DNA from: Camelus dromedarius
Taxonomy: Eukaryota
Direction: 5' to 3'
Assembly (NCBI RefSeq): GCF_036321535.1
Contig: NC_087436.1
Coordinates: 78,060,001 to 78,124,000, forward strand
DNA: 64,000 nucleotides
The first letter of the stretch is position 1. Each line of letters opens with the position of its first letter. Positions 13,636-25,910 of this stretch are shown piece after piece. Under the pieces are notes generated by a model. The model was given only the letters and a program-made list of their open reading frames with translations. It had not been told where the DNA came from and did not search any database. A program made the position numbers and the translations under genes.

Positions 13636-14229
13636 GGGCGAGGAAGAGCTGTCATATTCCCAGGATTTATGACAATGCCTGGCACTGAGTTCAGTCTTCA
13701 GTGCCTGAGGGCCAGAGCGCTGGAGCATACTACCTGTGCTTGTATGAACTCTCAGCTTCCCTTCAGCTCTTGTCTTGGGTCAGCCTAATATAGCGCTCTA
13801 CATGTGTACGGCCTTGAGGACTCACCCCGTTTCTTCCATCGCCCAACAGCACAGGAGTGACAGCTGCTAAGTTCTGCTTCCACTGGAGACGCTCCTTGGG
13901 CTCCTTGTCAGCCATCTCAGGGAGACACTGCCCACCGCCTTCTAGTCCCACCTGGACTTGGCTGAATATTGGTTTCATTTTTCCCTCACAGACCTCCTCT
14001 TGACTCTCAGAACTTAGTGATGATATTTAAACTCCCAAGTTAGCTCTCAATTCCCCCTCAAGGACTCCTCTTGTTCCTCGAATTAGAGATGTCAATTGCT
14101 GTCTGCTCACCTGTGCTGTCTTGTGAGAGAATATTTCCCACCCTCAGCCCCTGACGTCTAAGCCACCCCGTTTTATACTGCACACTCCCTTTTCTTGGTT
14201 TCCCTCCTCCTACCAGCTAGACTTCAGGT

Positions 14230-14675
14230 ACTTAAGCTAATGGTGAGCACCTGAGCTGAGCTAAGCCTTTGGCTTGCTGCTGTTAAAAAAAAAAGAAAAA
14301 TGAGCGGGGACAACTAAGTTCTCTGTCTCCTAAGTTTGAATTAAGTCATGCAGACAGAGTGTATCAGTTGGTGATCTGAACTGAAGCTGAAAAAAGCCAT
14401 GAAGCAGAGTCGGGTTCATGGCAAGCCAAAGGCACATGCAATTCAAACTTATGAGACAGCAGAAACTAATAGTAAGCAGAAGAAGGCTCATAGCAAATAA
14501 AGCAAAACAAAGTGAACACTCAGAGATGGGCCCACAAAGAGGAGAGAGAAAATAAGGAGTGAGTGTACTCTATCACCCCTACAGTTGTACCGTGAGGGCT
14601 TCCAGTTTTTGTTCTAAATAGAGCACTAAATCAATATATATCCCTACAACAAACACTGTTTTCCCCAAGTTACCT
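14230..14675 (+). mobile_element. Possible old ERVL-class LTR fragment (LTR67B-like)
   Basis: Loose resemblance only (ctgagctaagc...tttgaattaag...cagagag...gaagctgaaa); family uncertain. Confidence 0.3.
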
Positions 14676-15965
14676 TGAGAAGGTCGATCAGAAAAGACTG
14701 ATCGATGGCCAGATCCTATTGGCCTTGGTAGCCTTCGTGCTTCACCCACCACATTTGGCAACTTGACCATTGTTGGAAGGGGTGATGGAGAGGACCTGAC
14801 CACTGATTAACCTGTGGGCTGAACCCCAGCAATCGGAGGCTCCTCACCTCCTCCCCTGTCCTTGGAATGTTTTGCCCACAGTTCCCATAGCCAAAGCTAT
14901 TTCAAGGATGCAGCCTTGAGAGAGCAATGTGTTGTTGAGACCATTTGAACTGTGTACGTGACTGAACCCCATTAAGATGGGCCTCTATATCAACTATAAG
15001 ATTCTGGTGGGTGGGTGCAGAGACCTACTTGTCTTGCAGTTACTTGAGACAAAACTCTATGTTACTTGCTTCTAAAATTCTCTTGCTTACTAAAATTACC
15101 AAAGGAAGCCCTACCACACTGTTGGTGGGAATGTAGTTTGGTGCAGTCATTATGGAAAATAGTACGGAGATTCCTTAAAAAACTAAACATAGACTTACCA
15201 TATGATCCAGCCATCTCAATCCTGAGTATATATCTGAAGGAAACTGTAATTTTAAAGATATATGCACCCAATGTTCATAGCAGCACTATTTACAATAGCC
15301 AAGACATAAAAACAACCTAAATGCCCATCGACAGATGACTGGTTAAAGAAGTTGTGGTATATTCATACAATGAAATACTATTCAGCTATAAAAAAGAATA
15401 AGATAATGCCATTTGCGGCAATATGGATAGACCTGGAGACTGTCATTCTAAGTGAAGTAAACCAGAAAGAGAAAGAAAAATATCATATGATATCATTTAT
15501 ATGTGGAATCTAAAAAAAAAAATCCACAAATGTTCTTATTTACAAAACAAAGACAGACTCACAGACATAGAAAACAAACTTATGGTTACTGGGGGCGGGG
15601 AAAGGGTGGGAAGGGATAAACTGGGAGTTTGGGATTTACAGATACACATTACTATATATAAAATAGATAAGCAACAAGGTCCTACTGCACAGCATGAGGA
15701 AGTATATTCAATACCTTGTAAATAATCTATAATGAAAAAGAATATGAAAAGGAATTACATGTGTATTACTGAATCACTGTGCTGTACAACACAAACTAAT
15801 ACAACATTGTAAGTTGACTATACTTCAATAATAAATAAATAAAATAAAAATAAAATTACCACCTACCAATGCAGAGTGGTCCGACTCTTCAGTCTCTCCC
15901 TGCCCTCCGTGTCTGGGGCCAGTTTCTAATTTCACCCAGGAGGCTCCCTGGATTGTAAACCAACA
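14676..15965 (+). mobile_element. Solo ERV LTR (about 530 bp, probably ERV1 class) interrupted by an L1
   Basis: TG...CA termini (tgagaagg...aaaccaaca), 4-bp flanks acct/acca, internal TATA-like ctctatatc; the two halves rejoin when the L1 and one TSD copy are removed. Confidence 0.7.
15102..15850 (+). mobile_element. 5'-truncated artiodactyl-type L1 (ORF2 end plus 3'UTR)
   Basis: Encodes [15 protein letters not shown]-rich tail; perfect TSD taaaattacca at 15091-15101 and 15851-15861. Confidence 0.95.
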
Positions 15966-16449
15966 ACCATGCAGAGGAGACTGTTTGATGGCCACTGTGC
16001 CAGAAACCCGGAACAGAAAGGAGATCTTTATTGATTCCCACCTCCAGGAGGCCAGGAAACAGGCCTGGAAACCATTATTTTCAATGAAATAAAATAAATG
16101 GCAATACAGACTCGCAAAGTGAGTGTTGAGGATGACAACTCACATCAGCAGCCACAGCCAGGGGTCAGCCTTTTGTCTCCACGTCCCTTGTGCTCGATGT
16201 GCTGAGTATTCCTACACCCAGGCTTCCAGCCTCAGTTTCCCAATTTCGGGCCTAGAGACCCCATAGGACTCCATACTCTGCAGTGAATCAGACTACTTGG
16301 TGCTTGATGATACTCTTTCTTGCCAGTGTCACTGCCCAGGAACTGGACCATGACTTATATTTTTCCTCCTCCCTCTCAGCTTCCAGTGGCTAGAGTTCAT
16401 CCCTGAAAAGTCTAATTGCTCGTATCAGATCACGCAAATATTAACTGAG

Positions 16450-16918
16450 CATTGAAAGTCTTGCTCCCTCAGAGCTTTGTACTTACTGTTCCCTCTGCCC
16501 ACAACATTTTTCTTTTTCTTTTGCATCCATCCATTCAGCAAATCATAGAGACAAAAGAAATGGAAAGGAATTACCTTGAGGCTCTTCCCCATATTTCTGC
16601 AATGTTTACTCCCTTACTTCCTGCAGGTCTCTGCTTAAATGTCACCTATGACAGAAGCATTACCGGTTGATGGTATATAAATTGACAACTTGCCCATCTC
16701 TCTCCTTCTCTCTTTATTTTGCTTGATTCTTTTTCATAGCACTACTACCATCTGACAGATTGCATCATTATTTTTGTGTTCTTTCTGTCTCCCCCACTGA
16801 TGGATAAGCTTTGCAAGAGGGAGAGAGACGTTGCCAGATTCAGTACCATGTCTCCTGTGCCTGAGACAGCAAATGGCACACAGTAGGTGCTCAATACATA
16901 TGTATTGAGTGAATGAAT
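16450..16918 (+). mobile_element. L2a 3' end
   Basis: ctgtctcccccactga...ggcacacagtaggtgctcaatacatatgtattgagtgaatgaat, the typical L2 tail. Confidence 0.85.
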
Positions 16919-16919
16919 C

Positions 16920-17245
16920 CAGAGAAAGTCTCCTAGAGGAGACGAAGCCTGTGCTGGATCATAAAGGATTTTCATGTAAGTACAGATGGGAAAGGCATCC
17001 TAAGCATAGGGAACAGCATTAGCTAAAGCTTAGAAGTGAGAAACAAAACAGTGTACCAAGCCACGGAGCATGAACAAATTGTTGCATATATGTATAATGA
17101 AGCTGGAGGAGGGTGCAGGGCATAGGGTAACTAAAGGTAAGTCTGGAGAGAGAGGCCAGATCATTAGAGCCTTGGATTCCATGCTAAGGAGCATGGGCTT
17201 CATTTAGTAGGTAAAATGAGTGCCCACTGAAAAGTTCTGAGCATA
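16920..17245 (-). mobile_element. L2 fragment
   Basis: gggaaaggcatcctaagcatagggaacagcattagctaaagc...ccatgctaaggagcatgggcttcat. Confidence 0.6.
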
Positions 17246-17256
17246 TATTTGGACTT

Positions 17257-17819
17257 TGTAATTCTAAGGTAGTCCCTCAAATTTCCAGCCCATTGTGTAC
17301 ACATATCATCCGTCAGTTATTGAATTAAATACTAATTTTGCAGATGTGATTAAGGTCCCAAGTCAAGTGACTTTAAGATAGGGAGAGTATCCTTGGTGAG
17401 CCTGCCCTAATCAGGTGAGCCCTTCAAAGGAGCTGAGCTAGTCCGAGCGCAAGAGATTCAAAACATGAAATAAATTTGGCATGAGGGAAACTCTCCGTTG
17501 CTGGAGAGGCTGTGTGACAAGAAATGGGAATGGTGTGTGGAAGCTCAGGGTGGCCCCTAGCTGACAGGCAGGAGGGTAACTGAAGCCTCAATCTGACAAC
17601 AGAAGGAACTCAGTTCTATCAGCAACCTGAAGGGGCTGGGAACAACATCTTCAGTTCCAGCTGAGAACACAGCCAACCAACACCTTGATTTCAGCCTGGT
17701 GAGATCCTGAGCAGAGAATCCAGCTGCTCTGTATCTCCAGCAATGTGTGCTGACAAGTGGGTGTGGTTTGATGCCACCATGTTGGTGGTGATTTGCTATG
17801 CAGGGGTAGAAAACAAACA
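17257..17819 (+). mobile_element. MaLR LTR (MLT1E-like)
   Basis: tttgcagatgtgattaaggtccc...ttaagatagggagagtatcc...caccttgatttcagcctggtgagatcctgagcagagaatccagc...tagaaaacaaaca. Confidence 0.85.
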
Positions 17820-18168
17820 GGCTTCTGCTGCTGGACTGTGTGGAAAGCAGCTTTGCAAGGATTAAGACTAGAGACGAGAGACAGTGAGGGGCTTGCCGCA
17901 GTTATCCAGACATGGGCTGAATGCCCAGAATCGCAATGAGGCCTCACTGCTGAGCTGAGCGCACCACCGCCTGTGAACTTGGTGCTGTAAACACCCAGCA
18001 CTTGGGAGGAAGCTACTTTCCACGGACTGGCCTCCTCCCCCGGCTTCTCCATCTTCTTGACAACATGGGGTTTGGGGTCCAAACACGTTTCCTGTCCAAG
18101 CCCTTCGGAGTTGTGAAAATGAGTCATACTTCTTACCAGTAGCTTCCTTCTGGAGGCATGGACATATA

Positions 18169-18346
18169 GCAGTGGTTCTCAGCCCTGACAGCTTATGACA
18201 ATGATCTCAGGAGCTTTTAAAAATAATGACATCCAATGTAACCCCTCAGAACCTTGCATTCAGCAAGGTCTCGGGTACTAGTTTTGGCTTGTTTTTCTCC
18301 ACTTTCCCAGGGATGCTAATGCACAGCCATGGTTGAAATCAGCTGA
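18169..18346. mobile_element. MER5B-like hAT-Charlie MITE
   Basis: cagtggttctca...ggagcttttaaaaata...ctaatgcacagccatggttgaaatcagctg. Confidence 0.65.
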
Positions 18347-18477
18347 AATAAGACAGACCTCAGTTTGAAAGTGTGGGACGTAAGGAATAATAATAAAATG
18401 TCATTTTCTCATCGATCTTTCTAACAGCATGATAAACTCTTCTTCCTCTTCTCTTCCTTGTCTCTGCAACTCTAATT

Positions 18478-18561
18478 CATCATCACCACCACCAGCAGCA
18501 TGTTGTTGTTGTTGTTGTTGTTATTATTATTATTATTACTACTACTACTACTACTACTACT
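18478..18561. repeat. Compound trinucleotide microsatellite
   Basis: (CAT)2(CAC)3(CAG)2CAT(GTT)7(ATT)5(ACT)8 read directly. Confidence 0.95.
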
Positions 18562-18569
18562 ATGTGAAA

Positions 18570-19005
18570 CTCTGTTAATTTAACACTCTATAATTGATTT
18601 CAGGTAGTTGAGGAAACAAAGGCTCAAAAAAGTTAAACAAATTGCCTTAAAATCACAGTCACTGTGGGCTGAGTACAGTCTCAAACCCAATTCCATGCCC
18701 TAAATCCTTTTGTTTTTCACGACGGCACCATTCCATCAGGAACTATAAAGAACATATTTACCGCTCTTAACATCAGCCGCCATCTACTGATCACTGCCTA
18801 GACCTTCAAGTAAGTCTCTGATTTCATTGGATCCTAATATTGATGGTGTGTAGTGAGAATAGATGCCTTCCCAGTGATACAGCTGAGGCTCAGACTGGTT
18901 AAAGAATTGGCCCAGGTTCAGAAAACAAATAAATGATTAATTCAGAATATAGGTACCAATCTTCCGATTCCAAATCCAGTGTTCCCGACTGTACTCATTT
19001 GATCT
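18570..19005 (-). mobile_element. Two adjacent MIR fragments
   Basis: gttgaggaaacaaaggctcaaaaagttaaacaaattgcc and gctgaggctcagactggttaaagaattggcccagg cores. Confidence 0.6.
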
Positions 19006-19584
19006 TAGAAGACTTGGGCAGAACATCCTTGAAAAGGATATGGAAAACTCGAGTCCAAATAGAGTAAGGAAAACAATCCCCACTCTTTCTTCAAGTTTCT
19101 CTTCCACCCCTAAATTCTCCAAACGATTCGAGGCTCACATTTGCCATCTGAAGAAGCAGTGGTAGACTGTACTTCATGAAAATTCTTGCTAATGGCAACA
19201 GTGCAGTGCCCCCCCAGAACAGTGACGCTGATAAGAAACGGTGTGCCGAAAACCACACGAATATACAGACACACATTCATGTGTGGGAAACACAAGACAT
19301 GCCAGAACCCCGAAAGGTCCATCTAGATTATTCTGGGAAGTGAGCGATTTTTAAAATCTTTTTAAATTGCCTATTTCTATTTCTAAATTGTATGCAATAA
19401 ACATGTAATAATTTTGTAATTTCAAAAAATTAATGAATGATGAGAAGAGAGAAAATGATAGTCCCTGAAATTCCTTTTTCCCTCCTGCCTTATCCATCCC
19501 GCTGTCATGTATTAGTACCCAACTCCACTCCTCCAAAGTCCGCTTGATGGTGAGCCCAAATAAACCCCCTCCTTACTACCGCTG

Positions 19585-19700
19585 TATTTATTCATTCATG
19601 ACTGCAGCTACACACTTCTACTGAACGCCTATCAGTGCCCCTGGCAATAGAAAGATAAGTAATACTTTCTCTTTGTCCTCGAGAAATTTGCATCTAGCAT
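19585..19700 (-). mobile_element. L2 tail fragment
   Basis: tttattcattcat...tactgaacgcctat...ttgtcctcgagaaatttgcatctag. Confidence 0.5.
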
Positions 19701-19960
19701 ACAAAACTAACCATGGGCTCTGATGATACAACTTAAGTATTAAAATGTAAGGAAAAAGCGACTCCATTTTCCACTTTTCATCTTGAGATCATGTCTTCAT
19801 GGCTCCACTTATCTTTAGCTCGAAAGGGCCTACCCCTGGCAGCTGCTACGTTATGGGCAAGTCGCACAAATCCATCTAGAAACAGCACGTAATATTTATG
19901 GAAAGAAATGAGAGATAATGTCTGTGGTGGAAGATTAGACTTACATTTGTGGACTGTAAG

Positions 19961-20095
19961 TAGGGTGACTTTCACATTTATTGTTTAAACCTTGAAGATA
20001 CTTTTGAGAATGGAAAGAGGTGGCATTAATCATTACCCTGGGACAACAGAAGTAAACCCTAAACCTTCCAAGAAAACTGGGACATATAAGGGACT
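19961..20095 (+). mobile_element. MER94-like hAT-Blackjack MITE
   Basis: tagggtgact...acttttgagaatggaaagaggtggcattaatcattaccctgggacaacag...aaaactgggacatat. Confidence 0.75.
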
Positions 20096-21540
20096 CATAA
20101 GGGACTAAGGAAGGAAGTCATGACTTTTTTTCTATCGAGATGACTTCACAGAAACAAGGGTATTTACTCAGACCTTTCTCATTTGGTTTTGCAACAACGC
20201 TGAAATAATTTCCATTCGTGCACCATTCCACACATGGACCGACCACCTGTCTTAAGACTTTGCCATGTTGATACCAGGACATTTCCACCTGGTTTCTCAC
20301 CTGCACCCTAGGACATTTCTGCCCAGGAATTTGCTCCTCTGGGTCCTTTGTCTCTGCAGCCGCACTTCCCACACTACAGCTGCCCTCAGCCTCTTCAGTG
20401 TGATGGGCAGAGGCAGGACCAGTCGCAGCTGCAGAAACAAAGGTAAAGGGCTCCCTGGAGCTGGCTGGTGGGTAAAGAGCAGTGGCTCAGGCTTTGCTGC
20501 TAGTACAGATCCCCCAGTTGCTGTGGAATACGATTTAGGGGTGTAATGAGGCAGCCCTGTCATGTTCACTGCACACACACAGGCTTCATCGGTGCAGAAT
20601 TTCACTCAGCAGAAGAACACAGACAGATGCACATTTCCTTCACCAATGAAATATTTAACATGACAGGTGTGTTACCCATCAGGAAAGCTGCATACAAAAC
20701 GCTTGTGGAACCCACGAGGTCTTCCCCACCCCGCCTCTCCTGCTTGGCTGGATTCTGGAAAGTGATATTCCTCCTGCAACTCTGTTCAGGTATTCAATTC
20801 CAAAAGTTACGGCCAATGGTATCCTTGGGAAGATAATTTAAAGGCTTTTGGCTTTAAATTAAGAATCCATTAGGATAATAAAATGTTTTCTTCGAGTTGA
20901 TTGTTATTCTGCCTAAGGGATCCATGGGGGAACACGGGATAAAAACTACGAGGAGAAAGGTTCCCGTCACTATGGAAACAGATTCATTTGTTTTTATGGT
21001 CTGATTTCTAATTTCTCTCCCCTGGCAAAGCTCCCACTAACTTCTGATGCTAGGAGATTATGCTCGCTCAGAGGACATTTTGCCGCTTGGGGTAGTATTT
21101 CCTGCTTATTTGGGGAGGTGGGTTGTAGAGAAGGAGGGCTCAATAAACAGCCAAGATGCGTAAGAATATCTTTACAAAGGGCTGACTCCAATCAGAATAG
21201 TCAACTGATTGGAGCAAAGAGGCCATATCCAGAATTCACTACCAATAGAGGGAAATACAGTCCCCTAACAGTTATTAGCTTGACATCAACCCTTAAAAAT
21301 GCAGAACCCACACACAGAGGGTTCAAGAAGCATAATTCCGGTATGAAATTCTAACTGCTGGTTATGTTCAGCCTGGAACTTATTGATCTATCACAACTGT
21401 ATGGATGACATCACAAAGGGCAGCATTCTTTAGGGACAATCTGTTTCACGCCAATTATTTTTAACTACATGGATTCACTATTTGCAGAGTTTATATTCTT
21501 CAATGGAATGCCGGATTCTATCTCTCACGAGCAGTAGTTT

Positions 21541-21877
21541 CTTACTGAAGTATAGTTGATTTACAATGCTGTGTTATCTTCTGTCGCACAGCATAGTGAT
21601 TCAGTTATACATATATATTTTCTTTTTCATTATAGATTGTTACAAGATATTGAATATAGTTCCCTGTGCTATACAGTAGGACCTTGTTGTTTATCTATTT
21701 TACATATAGTACTTTGTATCTGCAAATCCCAAATTCCTAATTTATCCCTCCCCCACTCTTTCCCTGTTAGTAACCATAAGTTTGTTTTCTATGTCTGTGA
21801 GTCTGTTTCTATTTTGTAAATAAGTTCATTTGTGTGATTTTTTAGATTCTACACAAAAGTGATATCATATATTTGTT
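21541..21877 (-). mobile_element. Artiodactyl-type L1 3'UTR fragment
   Basis: actgaagtatagttgatttacaat...gttccctgtgctatacagtaggaccttgttg; degenerate TSD acgagcagtagttt (21527-21540) / atgagcagcatttt (21878-21891). Confidence 0.92.
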
Positions 21878-22944
21878 ATGAGCAGCATTTTTGTGGATAA
21901 GTCAGTGTCTCCACTTCCCCTATTAGTAAAATGGCAATCGTGATACACAACAACTTCCAGGAGCATCGTGATGGATATTGCAAACTCTCAGTCCAAAAAC
22001 CGCTGGGGATATAAACAGCATGCTGATCACTGAACTCAATCTGCTTTCAGAGATCCCATGTACTTGCTTATTTGCATGCCTGGTCAGTGTGCTGTGTGAT
22101 CCCACACACTGTGAGGATGGGCAGTTGCAGATCTTTGTATCAGAATCTGTTCCAGGCTCTGGGATGCAGACCAAAATAATATATGCAGAATTGGTACAAA
22201 GATCGGTGGAGCAATTCACCCATCAAGTCTGACTGCACGTCTACCACTCCCCTTTTAGGCGACTCAAAAGTGAACTATCAGTCCTGGAAAGCCACTGGAG
22301 CAAATCCAGCAAAATCATGATTCAGCAAGTTGGGGTTCAGGCAAAGTTCAATGCAGTGTGTGTGTGTTTGGCTGTGGGTGTGGGTGTATGAAGGGCGTGG
22401 GTGTGCTGAAAGGTTCCCTTGGGTGTGGCAGAAAGTTCCCTATGTAATCTTTAGTGTAGAGATCAGACTATTTTAAGAATTGGTTCGAAAATGTCTGAAT
22501 GTTGTGGTTTCATATTGCCAAAGCTTTGACCTCAGGAGACACCTGGATGTTTGGACCAAATTCTTCATCATTATGTTTGACACACGTGCTGTTCTTTGCT
22601 TATTTCAGGGCAAATATGCGCACAGCCCTTCATGGGGCTGCTCATCCCGTTTATCTGCCTCCCATCCAAGGGATTCTAAATGACAATGAAAGTAGGATGC
22701 AGAGTTAAGTAAAAATATCTATAAGAGAAGAGCAAATAAGCAAACTTGGGATGGAAGGGTACATTTTGTAATACTTTATATTCCAAGGGCATATTTTCCA
22801 GAGCAGGGGTGGAAGAAGGGGATGTGCATTGAGGGTTTTGATCAAAGCACTGGTATCATTCTGAGTTAGAAATAAAAACCTAGAGATATATACATAATAG
22901 AAATATGGAGCAATGACACGGAAAACTTCATTTCACATCAATAA

Positions 22945-24140
22945 TCATAATACTGAGCGATATCTGCCAAGTGCGATGCAGAAGGCCCTCGCTTCCTGGC
23001 TCCCAATGAAATGTATAGTCTAGTGGAGGATGCAAACACAAAAACAATGACTCACTGGAAAGAGGAAGCGGGAAGGAGGTGCCTTAGGTGATGCTAAGAT
23101 TCTTACTTGAGTGACTAGCAAGAAATACAGGAGGATGAGCAATTAAATATTTTTCCAAATATTACAAAAGCAACACATGCTCAGCCCTCCTGGCTGCTGC
23201 CCCGCCCAGGGAAACAATACTAACCGTCTGCTGAATATCCTTCCATGGCCTTCCTCGTGTCCTTTCAAGCACACAACACATATACACATATAGGACTTTT
23301 CTATTTTTGTTTTGTTGGTACAATAATTAGATAATATTATACATACTACTTTGCAAGTTGCTTTTTGACTTCAGAATACACCAAGGACATCTTTTCACAT
23401 CAAATAGCTGCAGTGGCTATAATTCACTGTCATCTGTTCTCCCCAGAAGGGCATTTAGGTTGTTCCCAAGCTCCCACCGCTATGGACAATAAACATTCTT
23501 ACCTATAAACTTTTGTTTTTGTTATTAATGGAGATGCTGGGGATTGAACCCAGAGCCTCGTGCATGCTAAGCACGCATTCTACCATTGAGCTATACCCTC
23601 CCCTCATACTCTCATGTAGAGATATGACTTGATTTCAATAAGAGAACCCAAAAGTGGGATTGCTAGGTTAAAGGATATATGAACTTTTCTTTGGAACTGT
23701 GCCTTCCAGATTTTTTTTTCAAAGAATGTGAAGCAATTTTTGCTCTACGAGCAATAAAAGGAAATCCTTAATGATGACAAGCATTTGTGAGGACTGGGGG
23801 CCTAGGTGGTGCAGAGGCAGGGGAGGGACCATAGTTTAGTTTGTTGACTAATGAAGCCTGGATGCCTGCTAGAAGTGAGCATGTTGATACCCAGAAGGCA
23901 GTGAGATGTTTTCTGACAGGAAAGGATCTAAGTGTGAGTGAGGACAGAGGAGTGGGTGGGATCGCAGTGGGAAGAGGATGGAGCAGAGGAGGGTGGTGAC
24001 TATGGATCCTAAGGCAGCTCCCCCATCACCGGGCTGAGTGGGAAAAGTAGGAACCAGCAAAGGAGGTGAAGGATGTGTCAGCAGGTAGGAGAGAAGTGAG
24101 AAGATTCAGGCCAAGGGAAACAAGAGGAGGAGTTTCAGGA
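22945..24140 (-). mobile_element. L2 fragments (about 22945-23142 and 23790-24140) split by an L1ME-like insertion (about 23143-23760)
   Basis: L2 antisense motifs on both sides; L1M antisense motifs inside (gggcatttaggttgttcc, aaagtgggattgctaggttaaagg). Confidence 0.6.
23511..23603 (-). mobile_element. vic-1-type SINE (short form)
   Basis: atggagatgctggggattgaacccagagcctcgtgcatgctaagcacgcattctaccattgagctataccctcccc. Confidence 0.92.
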
Positions 24141-25689
24141 GGCAGTGTGTTCGACGGCGCCCCGCGCTGGGCGAGCTCTTTCATCAGAGACGGGGACATT
24201 CTAGACTTGGAGCACAGGAACGCGAGCCCCAGCTTCCCGGGTTTCTAAAAAAATCCCTCATCTGCGTCAACTCTAAGGAACAGAGTCATTCAGATACAGT
24301 AAATATCCTTCCTCCCAAAACCGTTCCAAGGCAAGTTATTCTCCCTCAGCGAAGCTGCCAACGCCTTGGAAAATGGACGTGTTGGAGTTTCATCTCATTT
24401 CCCCTCCCTCTGCCCTTCTTGGGAAAGAAGTGCTGGCAATCACAGAGTAAAAGGCCCTAAATCATTCACTGAGCCAAAAAACAGCCTCTAAGTTATCAAA
24501 AGCTGATTGCATCGGTGCTGACAGGCAAGGCTGGGATGCCGAAATCCCCCTCCCATCAGCTTCTCTCTCCGGACGATGGAAACAGAGCCCTCACCAGCTT
24601 GTCATCAACACTCCTCTTGATGACAAGCTCTCAGTATGTCTGTGCCCCACGTCATGTGATTATCTGCATCATACGCCTTGTGACATTGTCCTGTGTTCAC
24701 AGGGGGGATCCAGGACAGAAAATGACAGGAATGGGCACACTTATGTACACACTTAAGATATTTAACCACCAGGGAACACTTACAACCACCCCCCTCCCCA
24801 CTTCCACTTACTCATTTCCTGTATTAAGTGATGACCCAGCCGCCAACGTGGGGGACACTTCAGACAAGAGCAGCCCTTTCATGGCATGACAAGGCCCAAT
24901 CCATGCTGGCGTGGCAGCACTGTGTGCAGAGGAAAGTGAGCTTTTCTACTCTGACCTCATGGAGTCAGGCGACACCGAGGTATCGAAAGCCGCCCCAGAC
25001 AGGTTTTCAGGAGGACAGTGTTTGCACAACAGTGATAAAGGCTAACCTGGGAATTGCAAATTCGATTGGACTTATAGCAGTCACGCTTGCCTCTGGAGAC
25101 TGGGAGGATGTGAGCTGCAGGAAAAAAAAACTCTTCTCTTCACATTGCCTGGAAATGAGTATAGACTGACAAAGTGAATGGGCACAGGAGACTGGCAGAG
25201 CCACGATAATTGCGGTCAGGCGGCCCCGGGCTGGTCTAGCCCAGAGGAGCAGGAAGCATTTTGATGATGTTCAGGAGGATCTATTTCTGAGTACAGGTTT
25301 CCGGGCTGAGCCAGACTGAATATTGTTCTGCGTGTAAAAAAGGAACATTTGGATAAGAATAAACCAAGTGAGGTAAAGTCTTTGACCCGGGGCATCTTTA
25401 ATCACATCTGCTTATGGAGAGCAGTCTGAAAGGAAAAGAAAGACTTCCCGTTCACGTCCGCTTGCAGCTTGGCAGAGGTTTTATCACATTTTTTGGCCAA
25501 GAAAAGCCAAGTCTCCTCCTCTTCACACACCCACCCCTATCATGCCTTCTTGGGCCACAGGGCTCATCCCATGTGACAGAGAAGCTGTCTCTGTAAGAAT
25601 GAGGAAGAAAAGGTCTGTGGGGAGGAGAAGCCAGTACCAGATGAGAGCAAAGATGCTTTTGCATGAGGCAACCAGCGACTCATCAGACT

Positions 25690-25910
25690 TTTCATTCAGA
25701 CAGACCTGAGTTCAGATTCCGTCTCAGCCCTTTTACCAGGTGCATGACCTTGGGCAAGTGATTGAATCTTTGCTCCCTATGTGGGAAAGAGGGGAAATAA
25801 CACCCAAGCCTTAGGATTGTGGTAAATATTAGGGAGAAAAAGAAGTAAGCAAACAGATGAACCCACACAGGCTCACGTGCAGTGCCCTGGCACACAGTAG
25901 GTATCATCAC
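25690..25910 (+). mobile_element. MIR SINE
   Basis: tcagacagacctgagttcagattcc...atgaccttgggcaagtgattgaatct...tggcacacagtagg. Confidence 0.8.

Noticed and set aside
20834..20861. 10-bp inverted repeat taatttaaag/ctttaaatta
   Set aside because: AT-rich arms, plausible by chance at this composition
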